DNA of 17,878 nucleotides from a virus (Duplodnaviria; Heunggongvirae; Uroviricota; Caudoviricetes): IMG/VR virus record IMGVR_UViG_2531839195_000006; one strand, 5' to 3'. Shown piece by piece: positions 8,989 to 17,878 of this stretch (position 1 is its first letter; each line of letters starts with the position of its first letter). The notes under the pieces were generated by a model. It saw only the letters and a program-made list of their open reading frames with translations, ran no database searches and was not told where the DNA came from. The position numbers and the translations under genes were made by a program.

Positions 8989-10320
8989 TTACTGCCCCAA
9001 AGATGGAAGATATCCGTAGCGATTAATGAAGTCGATTGACAGCTCGGGGTGCTGCTTCAGGTAATCTATAGAAGCCTGAGGCGCTTCCACTCGCTTGATA
9101 CCGTTTTGCTGAACGTACTTACCAACCGCCTCATTACGCTTCTGGTTGAGCGTGTTCAGGATGACGCCAGCGTTGCGACGAAAGGACTCCTCGCTCTGCG
9201 AGTTCTGCAGCGAACCAACAGCCTGGTCGAGCTTTTTGCCCTCGGCATCAGAAAGTGCGCCCATGCCTCGCATGGCCTGAACCGCTGTCAGGTATGCTTG
9301 TGATTTAAAGGTATCAAGTCGTGCCTGAGTGTCTGCAGCCTGTGAGCCTGGAACGTTGGGGATTACTCCACGTAAGCCTGTAATGCTCTTAAGTGAAGGA
9401 GAACTAACGATATCGTTCAGAGTGAACATGCTGGTTGTGAGGGTGTTGATGCCGTCTTTGTAGCCATCATTTAGCGCTTGCTGCTTCTGCTGCAACTGCT
9501 GGTTGTTGGCTGCTATGCGGCTCTGTATTTCCTGGCGCTTCAGGTCGTTAGTTTCTGCTGATAGCATCCGGTCAAGGCGCTTATTTTCGTTGTTAATGCG
9601 GTTTGTTTCTGCGTCCAGATTAATGCGCTGCTGACCTAAATTCGCCTGGATATCTTGTCCGCGCATTGTGATTGCCTGATTCCGAGCGGCGGTTTGCGAA
9701 TCCAGATCCTGACCGCGCATGGTAACCTGGCGACCCTGCATTTTATCCTGTAGGTCAAAGTATTTTTCGGGCCCGAGACTGTTCATCCCCAGGTGATCGA
9801 CAAATTCGCCGAACTGCCGCGGGTTCTGTTGGTACATCTGAGCGACGTCATGAGGATTAACGCCAACACGAGCTAACTCACCGGCGTTGTTTTGCAGCCA
9901 TGATTGCATTGCTTCTGGAGACGATGACGCAAGGCGTGCGCCAGCCGCTAAGGTGCCGATAGAATTACGCTGCTCTTCATCAATGAATCCCATGCCTTTA
10001 CGAACGGATTCAATCTGGTCTGGATATTGAGTAGCCAACTGACGCAAAGCACCGCGATCACCAGACGCATAAGCATTAGCGTACGCCTGCTGAAATTCTT
10101 TCTGCCGCTGAGCCTGCTTTTCCTGCTGAAAAACACCCGCAATACCTGAAAGACCTTGCAAAGCAGTCAGCCCAACATTGTTAGCGCCTGAACGCTCAAT
10201 ATCATTGTTCTGCCTGATAAGCTGAAGCGTATTGCCGATGTCATTTACGCTCGGAGCGTTTGAGTTGACGCCGCCGATACCAGCCAACAATCCGCCGTTT
10301 GTTCCTTGCCAAGTAGCCAT
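8989..10320 (-). CDS. Prophage ejection protein, P22 gp20-like (444 aa from the ATG at 10320)
   Basis: Size and position match P22 gp20. Start chosen at MATWQGTNGG (ATG 10320, preceded by AAGGGG) rather than the ORF-track start at 10380, which would overlap the upstream gene. Confidence 0.7.
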   Translation of the reverse strand: MATWQGTNGGLLAGIGGVNSNAPSVNDIGNTLQLIRQNNDIERSGANNVGLTALQGLSGIAGVFQQEKQAQRQKEFQQAYANAYASGDRGALRQLATQYPDQIESVRKGMGFIDEEQRNSIGTLAAGARLASSSPEAMQSWLQNNAGELARVGVNPHDVAQMYQQNPRQFGEFVDHLGMNSLGPEKYFDLQDKMQGRQVTMRGQDLDSQTAARNQAITMRGQDIQANLGQQRINLDAETNRINNENKRLDRMLSAETNDLKRQEIQSRIAANNQQLQQKQQALNDGYKDGINTLTTSMFTLNDIVSSPSLKSITGLRGVIPNVPGSQAADTQARLDTFKSQAYLTAVQAMRGMGALSDAEGKKLDQAVGSLQNSQSEESFRRNAGVILNTLNQKRNEAVGKYVQQNGIKRVEAPQASIDYLKQHPELSIDFINRYGYLPSLGQ

Positions 10321-10328
10321 GATTCCCC

Positions 10329-11021
10329 TTAAAACAACGAGCCAAGCAATCCGATACCAGCACCAATACCAGCGCCCCAAGGCGTTGATGTTCCCAAAAG
10401 GCTGGCAAGACCTGCACCGGCAATCGCACCAGACGTGCCACCGCTAATTGCAGTCTGAAGACTTGATGGTTTATTGGCATTAGCAGCGGCAAGAGCTGCG
10501 CTTTGCTGTGCAATGCTGCTCATGTTGTTGGCGTACGTCTGCCCGGCGTTTGCCTGACCTTGCAGCGCACCAAGCCCAACGTTTGCCAGATTGTTGTAAT
10601 TGCTCATCTGATTTGATAACCAAGACTGACCGAGTGTCGGCGCGATCGTAGCCAGTTGATTGCTTGTGGCTGTCGAACCAAGTCCACCCGTCGCCTCCGC
10701 AGCAGCAAGACTCTGGTAACGCGCCTGCCCTGCAAGGTCTTTATACTGCTTAGAGTTGTAATACTGATTAAGTGCCTGCCCCTGACCTTCTAAACTGGAA
10801 AGGTTCTGAAGCTGGTTAACATACTGCTCCGCAAGAGGCGTGAACGGAGCAAGGTTTTTCATGATCGTCTGCCACTGCTGATTTTGCAGGTCTGCAGCAT
10901 ACTTCTGGGCTTCTGCTGCATACTTTGCGCTTTTATCAGAACTGCCACCTTTCCCGCCTTTTTCAGGGCAATAAGGTTCCTCGCCGCGCAGTTTTCTGCC
11001 CAGCTTAAATGCATATAACAT
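10329..11021 (-). CDS. Prophage ejection protein, P22 gp7-like (230 aa)
   Basis: MLYAFKLGRKLRGEEPYCPEKGGKGGSS... Size and position match P22 gp7. C-terminus is Gly/Ala-rich and hydrophobic. Confidence 0.7.
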   Translation of the reverse strand: MLYAFKLGRKLRGEEPYCPEKGGKGGSSDKSAKYAAEAQKYAADLQNQQWQTIMKNLAPFTPLAEQYVNQLQNLSSLEGQGQALNQYYNSKQYKDLAGQARYQSLAAAEATGGLGSTATSNQLATIAPTLGQSWLSNQMSNYNNLANVGLGALQGQANAGQTYANNMSSIAQQSAALAAANANKPSSLQTAISGGTSGAIAGAGLASLLGTSTPWGAGIGAGIGLLGSLF

Positions 11022-11023
11022 GG

Positions 11024-11482
11024 CTATCTCCCGTGATTCAGGAAGTCGATTAGTTCTTCGCGTGTGGCGCTGTAAAAAGTCACGTCATCCACGCCTTTGA
11101 AGTATTTCTTGATGGTTCCTACACGCTTAAGGCCAATCATTGCGCAGTACATCTGACCGTGTCGGAATTTGCGTGCAGCGAACGATGTTACGCACTGAAC
11201 GGTGGTGTTAGTCAGAATGTATCGCCAGAACGCCAGCCCAATTTCCTTGCTGAAGCCGCGAATCTCTGGCAGGTACATGGCGTGGCAATCTAATGTCAGC
11301 GGCTGAATCTCCTGATAGTAAACAATGCCGCCAAACTGACCGTGCACGTTCACCTCAAAGTAACGGCATTCAGGTTTGTAGTCGTATCCATCACCGTTGT
11401 TGCTCCCGGCGATAATGTCAGGGTGATTTCCGACTGCTTCTATCAGGTCGATGTTTCGCGTTGGTTTGAATGTAATCATCAC
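11024..11482 (-). CDS. Virion assembly protein, P22 gp14-like (152 aa)
   Basis: Sits between the tail needle and gp7-like genes as in P22; ATG overlaps the upstream stop (ATGA). Confidence 0.65.
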   Translation of the reverse strand: MMITFKPTRNIDLIEAVGNHPDIIAGSNNGDGYDYKPECRYFEVNVHGQFGGIVYYQEIQPLTLDCHAMYLPEIRGFSKEIGLAFWRYILTNTTVQCVTSFAARKFRHGQMYCAMIGLKRVGTIKKYFKGVDDVTFYSATREELIDFLNHGR

Positions 11483-12327
11483 TGCTCCGCGATTATCTTG
11501 ATGGTTGTGGCAGTAAACGCCGCACCATTCGACTGAATGGTTAACGTACTGCCATTTGTGGCAAGAAAGCCGTCTTTATCCACGCTGAAGAACGTAGCTA
11601 ACAGGATGTTGTCGGTTGTTGTCGCCGCATTACGACTGCTGACCAGTGTGTCAGGAACAGAGCCGGAAAAGGTTAGCTGCATTGACCTGTTGGCGGTTCC
11701 GCTGGGCCACGTGCCGACAATCGACAACTTGAAGAGCAGGGTTTTGTTCTCGTTGAACACAACCATCTTGTTGTTAACGGTGTCGAAGAATGGTGCCAAC
11801 GAGCCGGATGACGGTGTGAGCGTTTTCAGCAGGCTAACAAGGTTGGTCGGCGCTGTCGGGATGGTTACAGATACACCAGAGTAAACAACCTCTGACTTCT
11901 TGCGTGTGGTTGCATACTCCAGAGCATCGATGCGCGTTTCATGGTCTGAAACCTGCGACTCCAGCGACTGAACTCTTGTGTCAAGCGACGAAATATCGCT
12001 TTCATTCTGAGCTATTCGTGTTTCATGGTCCTGAAGAGTTGATTCTGCCTGTCTGATTCGCTCCTCATGATTAACAAGCGTTGCTTCCGCAGCAGAAATT
12101 CGCTGCTCATGGTCAGCGAGAATCACATCCTGCTCATCGTTCCTGACCTGTGCATCATAAGCGCCCTGTCCGGCCTCGTTGGCTTTGTTAGCCACGTTAC
12201 CAACATCAGTGCCCTGTGCGATAACGTAAAGCAGATACGACTGCGAGAAGATATTGCGTGGAAGGACTGATGTATCGAGCCGCGTAGCTTGGATGATTAC
12301 CGGCACATTGAGATTCGAATCAGCCAT
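11479..12327 (-). CDS. Tail needle protein, P22 gp26 family, with C-terminal knob extension (282 aa)
   Basis: N-terminus [43 protein letters not shown]...[21 protein letters not shown] is near-identical to the P22 gp26 N-terminus. Coiled-coil heptads (DHETRI repeats) follow, then about 120 extra C-terminal residues as in Sf6/HK620-type needles. Confidence 0.85.
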   Translation of the reverse strand: MADSNLNVPVIIQATRLDTSVLPRNIFSQSYLLYVIAQGTDVGNVANKANEAGQGAYDAQVRNDEQDVILADHEQRISAAEATLVNHEERIRQAESTLQDHETRIAQNESDISSLDTRVQSLESQVSDHETRIDALEYATTRKKSEVVYSGVSVTIPTAPTNLVSLLKTLTPSSGSLAPFFDTVNNKMVVFNENKTLLFKLSIVGTWPSGTANRSMQLTFSGSVPDTLVSSRNAATTTDNILLATFFSVDKDGFLATNGSTLTIQSNGAAFTATTIKIIAEQ

Positions 12328-13745
12328 TACTCAATCCTTATCTGAGCGCCAGACAGAGTGACAGGTGACTTCGTGATAACGCGCAATTTGAAGCCGACAT
12401 TTTTCCTGATGCGCCCTACTCGCTTCCACAAAACACGCTTGTCGTAAACGAACGGTTCATTCTGCTCAATCATCTGCTCACGCCCGTAATTGATGCAGTC
12501 AGTGGTTGCAGAGAGAAAAAGGCGGTCGGCGTACTGCGCAACGCCAGTTGACGATTCAACCTCAAGGTCGAACACTCTGGCGTTATCCGCTTTGAAGAGT
12601 GGAGTAAACAGCAGGTGTTCCTGTTGCTTGTCGTACTGGCTGCTGATATCGAATTGCAGTTTCCCGGTAACAGATTCCAGCTTATCGCCGCACGTTATCT
12701 GATTGCCTTCGTAAACGAAGTCGATAGCGCGGTACACATCGTCATACAGACCTGTTTTCAGCACACACCATTGTGGGCCATTGGCGATTGAAGATGCGTC
12801 GTACACGAGGACGTGACGCGGAAGGTGGATAATCAGCAACTCATGAGCATCAAATCGCAGCGATTCCATCACACCATCAGCCAGTTCATCAGCAGTGTAG
12901 GAGCGGAGGATTTTCTCAATGCTCGCGCTGGCAATTGGTGACACCTGACCGGAGTCGATGATATACACAGACGGCGCACCCGTTGCCGGATTGCTGATAA
13001 ACGCATACGAATCAGCGAATGGCGTTTTGCAGTAAGTTCCGGCAATGCCTTTCTGCACCATCAGCGATGGTTGTGCAACATACAAAGCGGCACCAACGGT
13101 GGTTGCGCCAGTCAGGGAGAAATATTCAATAGTCGATGAACCAAAGCAGACGATGAAGTCTCGCCATGTCCCGATACCGATGATGCCGTCAGGCTGAGAC
13201 TCGGCACGATATTGTGCGCTGTAACGGTCAGGATGAGATTCGTCTTCAAGGTCAGTGATAAACCATGAATCAGTTCCGTCTTTTGACCACGCATAACGCC
13301 CACGTAAGCGCGTAATGTCGCGAACTGAACCTAACTCATACTGAGTGAATCCACTGTCTGTAGGCCAGTTTGAGACGGTTTTGACCGTGCCATCATAGCG
13401 ATACTCGACCAGTTGACCATTAACGCCTACCGCCTGTGATGTCCGACCATGCGCCATTGATACACGACCACTTCCGGCAACATCACCGACTTCACTTTCT
13501 CCTTTGTACAGCTTGCCGCCACACACGCGATAAACAGCATTCTGCGCCATGTTGTACTCGACGCCGCGAGATACACCGTTCACGTCAGAACGTTTGGCAA
13601 TGCCCGGGAATGAGCGAAGATATCCGCTGCTGTTCAGGATTTCTTTGGGTGTAGCCAGCATATTCACTGGCAGATAGTCGATATAGTCGGCGTTTCGGAA
13701 GTCTTTGCCGACACCTTTCATAAGCGGAAGTTGCTGAATAGGCAT
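12327..13745 (-). CDS. Tail accessory factor, P22 gp10-like (472 aa)
   Basis: Same length as P22 gp10 and in the conserved position between gp4 and gp26; TAATG overlaps with both neighbours. Confidence 0.8.
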   Translation of the reverse strand: MPIQQLPLMKGVGKDFRNADYIDYLPVNMLATPKEILNSSGYLRSFPGIAKRSDVNGVSRGVEYNMAQNAVYRVCGGKLYKGESEVGDVAGSGRVSMAHGRTSQAVGVNGQLVEYRYDGTVKTVSNWPTDSGFTQYELGSVRDITRLRGRYAWSKDGTDSWFITDLEDESHPDRYSAQYRAESQPDGIIGIGTWRDFIVCFGSSTIEYFSLTGATTVGAALYVAQPSLMVQKGIAGTYCKTPFADSYAFISNPATGAPSVYIIDSGQVSPIASASIEKILRSYTADELADGVMESLRFDAHELLIIHLPRHVLVYDASSIANGPQWCVLKTGLYDDVYRAIDFVYEGNQITCGDKLESVTGKLQFDISSQYDKQQEHLLFTPLFKADNARVFDLEVESSTGVAQYADRLFLSATTDCINYGREQMIEQNEPFVYDKRVLWKRVGRIRKNVGFKLRVITKSPVTLSGAQIRIE

Positions 13746-14245
13746 TATTCGCTCCCGTTATCGCAAGGTTCCTTTCGGTGGAAGTAATTCCAACCATTCC
13801 ACTTCGCCAACTGGTTACCACTACCAACAGGCATACGGTTTGGATAACCGGACTTACATTTAGCTGCTTTTGCCCTGTCCATTGCAGACAGTTTGACGAG
13901 TCGCTCTTTCCCGTATCTGGCAGTGGTTATAAGTTTTGCAGACGCTTCCAGCGCATAATCTGGAGCAATTCGGCAGGCAAGGTTGAAAATGACGGCATTG
14001 ATAGCGTTATTTGATAAACCGTGCTCATCGCCCGGATCCGGAGCAACATCTGCATCAGCAAAAATGTAGCCAACGTTGATACCAGGTGACGCATCACCGC
14101 CAAGCCATTCAGCCATCATCATTTCAAGGTCGTTGACGCCGTCTTCCATAGACTGCGGTTCGACATCGGTTAACGTGGCATTTGATGCAACACCGAGCTT
14201 ACGTAATGCCGCAAGAACTAAATCACCCTTCGTTGTCAGGTTCAT
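13745..14245 (-). CDS. Tail adaptor/head completion protein, P22 gp4-like (166 aa from the ATG at 14245)
   Basis: [47 protein letters not shown]...[18 protein letters not shown] closely matches P22 gp4. The ORF-track start at 14314 is an upstream over-extension. Confidence 0.85.
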   Translation of the reverse strand: MNLTTKGDLVLAALRKLGVASNATLTDVEPQSMEDGVNDLEMMMAEWLGGDASPGINVGYIFADADVAPDPGDEHGLSNNAINAVIFNLACRIAPDYALEASAKLITTARYGKERLVKLSAMDRAKAAKCKSGYPNRMPVGSGNQLAKWNGWNYFHRKEPCDNGSE

Positions 14246-14453
14246 CTGCTGCCGCCTTAGGTTTTCGACCAGGCTTTTTACGCTGTTTTTCTTCTGGCTC
14301 TGGCTCTGCAACATCCTTCAAAAGGTCATCAGGATGTGAAAACCAGCCAGCATCCAGATATTCCTGAAGCTCTTCGGCTTTCACGATTTCAAAGTCGTAG
14401 CCAACGCCTTTCCACTTCTTCATGTCGCCATGACGAAAGATCATGTGTGTCAT
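14223..14453 (-). CDS. Small hypothetical protein between coat and gp4 genes (76 aa)
   Basis: ATG at 14453 preceded by GGAGA at 5-nt spacing. Product [76 protein letters not shown] has a charged low-complexity tail. Overlaps the gp4 start by 23 nt. Confidence 0.4.
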   Translation of the reverse strand: MTHMIFRHGDMKKWKGVGYDFEIVKAEELQEYLDAGWFSHPDDLLKDVAEPEPEEKQRKKPGRKPKAAADEPDNEG

Positions 14454-14463
14454 GCTTGTCTCC

Positions 14464-14488
14464 AGATAAAACGGGAGCCGAAGCTCCC
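14464..14488 (-). terminator. Rho-independent terminator-like hairpin just downstream of the coat gene
   Basis: Minus strand GGGAGC-TTCG-GCTCCC followed by GTTTTATCT, starting 9 nt after the coat stop codon. Confidence 0.5.
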
Positions 14489-14496
14489 TCTGGTTA

Positions 14497-15791
14497 TCAC
14501 GCGGTCTGGTTAGGCAGACCAACACCAATTGCCTCTGGTCGTACAGCACATGCTGAATACCACACAGCAATACGGCACTTACCAGACAGAGTGTTGATAT
14601 CACCCTGCGTTGCGAAGATGCCGTTAACACCAATACCTGGAATGCTGAAGGAAGACGTTTTCATGCCAGCAAACAGTTCATGGGTTACCGGGATCGGCTG
14701 AGACAGCAGGCGGATTGAGTCATCAGCCCAGAACACGTTAGCGGTGGTTGTTGCCACGTTCAGAACGTTTACCGGAGTGGTATCAGCAAGAGAGGTGTTT
14801 ACGTTAGCGTAAGCCTTCTCTTCTTTTGTCAGTGAAGCGTCATCCAGCGCAATCGGCTTCGGCGTGATTTCGATGTGAGTACCATCGATCACACGGGTGA
14901 TTGAGAAAGTCGCGTCATCAGTCAGCACATTCTTCGCCATCTGAGACAGGAACTTCACACCAATGAAGCTGATTTTGTCGCCGCGCTTAAATCCGGTGGT
15001 GGAGGATACGGTCACCGTTGCAACACGGTTGTCGACGTTCTCTTTGTTACCATCGGTATCAAGGGTGTATGCCTGCGGCTTAAACTTCTGCGCACCAGAA
15101 ACAGTTACACCAGTCGCGGTTGACTTGGTAACTGCCGGAAGTTTCGGTGAGCGAAGAATTTCATCAAAGCCAGCAATCTGACGCTGAATAGTACCGTTTC
15201 GATATGCTTCTTCAGGAACGCGCCCGAAGATGTCACCATCTACCAGGTTGCGGCCTGCTTTGCGGTAATCGTCAGGGTTCAGGAAGTAACTGATGCCCAT
15301 GTCGCGGTTTAGCTCACGGGAGAACATCAGTCGCTCTGCATCAGACACAAAATCCCAGCCAGGCAGGCCAGTCGATGGACCAATTGCGCGGGTATCGTGA
15401 ACAACAAGCGAGCCCATTTCAGTTGCCTGTTTGGCAATCGCTGACTCAATGTTATTCGCCAGTTTTTTGGCGGATGCCTGGATGCGGCGACGGTAAGAAC
15501 GCTCATCACGCAGGTCATCTGCACGAAGCTCGAAGAAATCGTTATCCGGATCGCCCATGTTGCACTTCACGGAGAGTTCCAGAATCCCGGTTGCGTTGCC
15601 AGTTAAATCCCAGCCAGTCTGGGTTGGCGCTTCCTGCTCAACAGGCATCCACACGGTGTTGCTTGAACGCTGCATGGATTCTGCCGAGGGGGGTATTTTG
15701 TCACTTTTGACGCCATTGGCGTCAGGTTCTGGACGGTTCCGATGATTTCATCCAGAGCATACGTGACCAGTTGACCTTCATTTAATGCCAT
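14497..15791 (-). pseudogene. Major capsid (coat) protein, P22 gp5-like, frameshifted near codon 34
   Basis: N-terminal frame (ATG 15791) [33 protein letters not shown] switches frame at the G-run 15688-15693. The downstream frame ...[20 protein letters not shown]...GVGLPNQTA matches P22 coat over its whole length. Confidence 0.8.
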
Positions 15792-16702
15792 TATCGAATT
15801 CCTTTATTCAGTTGCGCCTTGAGCTTGCGGTACGTCTCTACATCCCCTTTGTTTGCTGCCGCCTCCATCTGCTTTTCAATCGCAGAGATATTTGCAGCAA
15901 CAGCATGTCCCTGAATGGGTTCATCAGGTAACGGGGCTTCTGAAACAGGCTTGGCTCGAGGCTTGAGAGTTAAACGTTCTGACAGTCGAGTGAGTTCAAT
16001 CAGCGCGGATTGCCCGTCCATCGCCAGCAACTGGCGTGTTTTCTCAGGATTAGCACCAAGGTGATACATGAGAGCGGCGGATTTCTCCGGGAAGAGGCGC
16101 ATGATGTCGGCACCGACTGCTGGCGGCACCAGTTGCATGAATGCATCCCCTTTCTCCTGATAGTCAGGGATATTGAGCTTTTCCGCTGCCTCGTAGTGCT
16201 TACGGGCCGCCTCGACGTATTGCGCTGATAGCTGGGTGAACTCCTGAGTTTTGCGACCCTGCTCGGCGACAGCCTGGCTTCGTGCGTCCATAGCCTTGAT
16301 CTGCCATTCACTGTTTGCCTGCTGGAAGGCAGCCAGTGCGCGGCTCTGGTCATAGTCGTACTTAGCCAGTGCATCTTCGGAAAGATAATCGTTAGGGTCT
16401 GGTTGTTTTGGTAACTCAGGGTTCACCCGCAGGTGCTCCGGCAACTCTCCACGCTTAACCGCTTCCATCTGCTGCTCAAGCTCACGCTGGCGTTTGCGTT
16501 CGATGCGGCGACGGGCAAATTCAGCATTAGTTGCCGGGTCTTGTTTTGGTTTCTCATCGTCTTTCAGGACAATCTCGAAGCCTTCTTCCTGACCTGCGTT
16601 GTCGTTGGCATTATCGACAACTAAGCCATCAGCAGATGCCGCTGCATGATTGCCGGGCAGGGTTAATTCTTCAGAAGCCTGAATGTCGGTGGTTTGGTCC
16701 AT
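15791..16702 (-). CDS. Scaffolding protein, P22 gp8-like (303 aa)
   Basis: Same length as P22 gp8 and high identity along the whole protein (for example [23 protein letters not shown] and [12 protein letters not shown]). TAATG overlap with the coat start. Confidence 0.9.
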   Translation of the reverse strand: MDQTTDIQASEELTLPGNHAAASADGLVVDNANDNAGQEEGFEIVLKDDEKPKQDPATNAEFARRRIERKRQRELEQQMEAVKRGELPEHLRVNPELPKQPDPNDYLSEDALAKYDYDQSRALAAFQQANSEWQIKAMDARSQAVAEQGRKTQEFTQLSAQYVEAARKHYEAAEKLNIPDYQEKGDAFMQLVPPAVGADIMRLFPEKSAALMYHLGANPEKTRQLLAMDGQSALIELTRLSERLTLKPRAKPVSEAPLPDEPIQGHAVAANISAIEKQMEAAANKGDVETYRKLKAQLNKGIR

Positions 16703-16715
16703 GATTAACTCTCTC

Positions 16716-17878
16716 TTATTGAGGTGTCTCGGCTACTCCGCCGGAGGGGATTTGAACTTGACGCATAAGATTCGCGAAATCCATGCGTTGTGAATGAGTC
16801 TGGTCTGCATCTTTAAGAAGCAGCTCAGCGTTAGCACGAGCGTCTTTGCTGCGCTGTTGCTGGAATTGACCTACGAGCCTGAGGTACTCACGCAGTTCTG
16901 CCTGCTTGTCGAGGTCCATATTGTTGAAGATTTCTGCAATCTTCGCGGCGTTGAGTTGGTTTTGAGCTTCAACCTTGGCGGCTTCAACCTGAATCTGCGC
17001 CTGTTGGTTCTCTGCCTTGAGCAATTCAGCCTGACCTTGCAGAAGGATACCCTGCGCCTGAATTTGCTCTGCTGATGGCTGCTGCGGCTGTTGTTGTGCC
17101 TGCTGCACCATCTCCATCTCTTCAGGTGTTTCTGGTTTCTTCAGCCCCATCATCACCAGTTGCTTGTTCGCGTACTCTCGCATCATCTCGACGCCTTTAC
17201 CGTCAAGCAGCGTGAAGTATTGCAGCATCAGCATCTGGAACTCGTGGAGTACCTTGCGGAACCTTGGTGAGCAACTCCTGAATCTCTGCGCGGTTCTGTT
17301 CCTTCATACTCTGGAAGGATGGCCCAACGTCTGTATAGCACTCATATCGACCGCGAATGTCGTTGAGTGCGACCACATTGCCGGACTGGTAATCGACAAC
17401 TTGCGCATAGAGTTGAACGTCTTTCTCGCTTCCATCTTCAAGTGTCAGCGTTACATGACGAGGAACGTCATAAATATCGTTGACCATTGAGGCATAAATC
17501 TCGCCATCACGTCGCATTGCGGTAGCCAGGTTATCCTGAAACACGTATGTCTCAAGGTCTGCCCGCATGTTCAGTTGATTGACGGTATCAAAAGCGACCT
17601 GACCATTTGCCGCCTGCGCATCCACGCCAAGACTAGCCACTTCTTTCACTGCGTTGGTGGCAGCCTCAAGCATGTAAGCGTTGGCTTGCGGCACTTCAGG
17701 GTTTTCCATGTAGGAGATTGGACCAATCGGCAGGTCGTTACCGTTTTCATCAGTCCTGTTCTGCAGATAGTACGGATAGTCATCATTTCCGCCGTACATG
17801 TATTCGTAGCCTTCGATTTGCTCAGGGAAGAAGGTCGGTTTCTTCTTCGTACCGAGCAACAATATCGGCGTTGAACGA
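16716..17878 (-). pseudogene. Portal protein, P22 gp1-like, C-terminal part (5' end lies outside the window), frameshifted
   Basis: The upstream frame ends ...[27 protein letters not shown]. The downstream frame continues ...[22 protein letters not shown]...[18 protein letters not shown]...[21 protein letters not shown]...GGVAETPQ, which matches the P22 portal C-terminal barrel. One extra nucleotide near 17241-17253. Confidence 0.8.

Noticed and set aside
10320-10380. The 5' extension of the gp20-like ORF (MGRWYWCWYRIAWLVVLRGI...) starting at 10380
   Set aside because: It would overlap the 3' end of the gp7-like gene by about 50 nt and has an implausible Trp/Cys-rich leader; the ATG at 10320 has an AAGGGG RBS and begins right after the upstream stop.
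14245-14314. The 5' extension of the gp4-like ORF ([23 protein letters not shown]...) starting at 14314
   Set aside because: Homology to P22 gp4 begins at MNLTTKGDL (ATG 14245), giving exactly 166 aa.
15675-15791. Possibility that the coat and portal frame changes are programmed ribosomal frameshifts
   Set aside because: No such recoding is known in P22-like coat or portal genes, and neither site has a slippery heptamer with a downstream structure; mutation or sequencing error is simpler.
7439-17874. Many plus-strand ORFs of 60-120 aa across the prophage module (for example 7439-7684, 8614-8967, 9049-9303, 11537-11884, 14336-14701, 15375-15710, 16794-17075, 17164-17490)
   Set aside because: Each is antisense to a well-supported minus-strand structural gene, with no RBS or family resemblance.

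Overview
This window is a mosaic mobile-DNA region, probably from E. coli/Shigella (inferred from the IS types). It has three parts. (1) 69-2993 (+): a 974-aa SF1/UvrD-like helicase with ankyrin repeats and uncharacterised N- and C-terminal domains. This is the best candidate for an undescribed system, as a possible single-gene phage-defence protein, but that role is inference only. (2) 3009-7186: an insertion-sequence pile-up. An internal IS3-like fragment is followed by an IS629-like element (3615-7186, minus strand) whose orfB is both frameshifted and split by a 2266-bp group II intron that carries its own RT/maturase and a recognisable domain V and VI. (3) 7258-17878 (-): the head-to-ejection-protein module of a P22/Sf6-like prophage (portal, scaffold, coat, small ORF, gp4, gp10, tail needle, gp14, gp7, gp20, gp16-position protein). 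The portal and coat genes each carry a single-base frameshift, and the module is cut off by IS629 about 70 bp after the last ejection gene, so the prophage looks defective. No tRNA, rRNA or CRISPR array was seen. All homology calls are from reading the translations against remembered family sequences; no database search was run.
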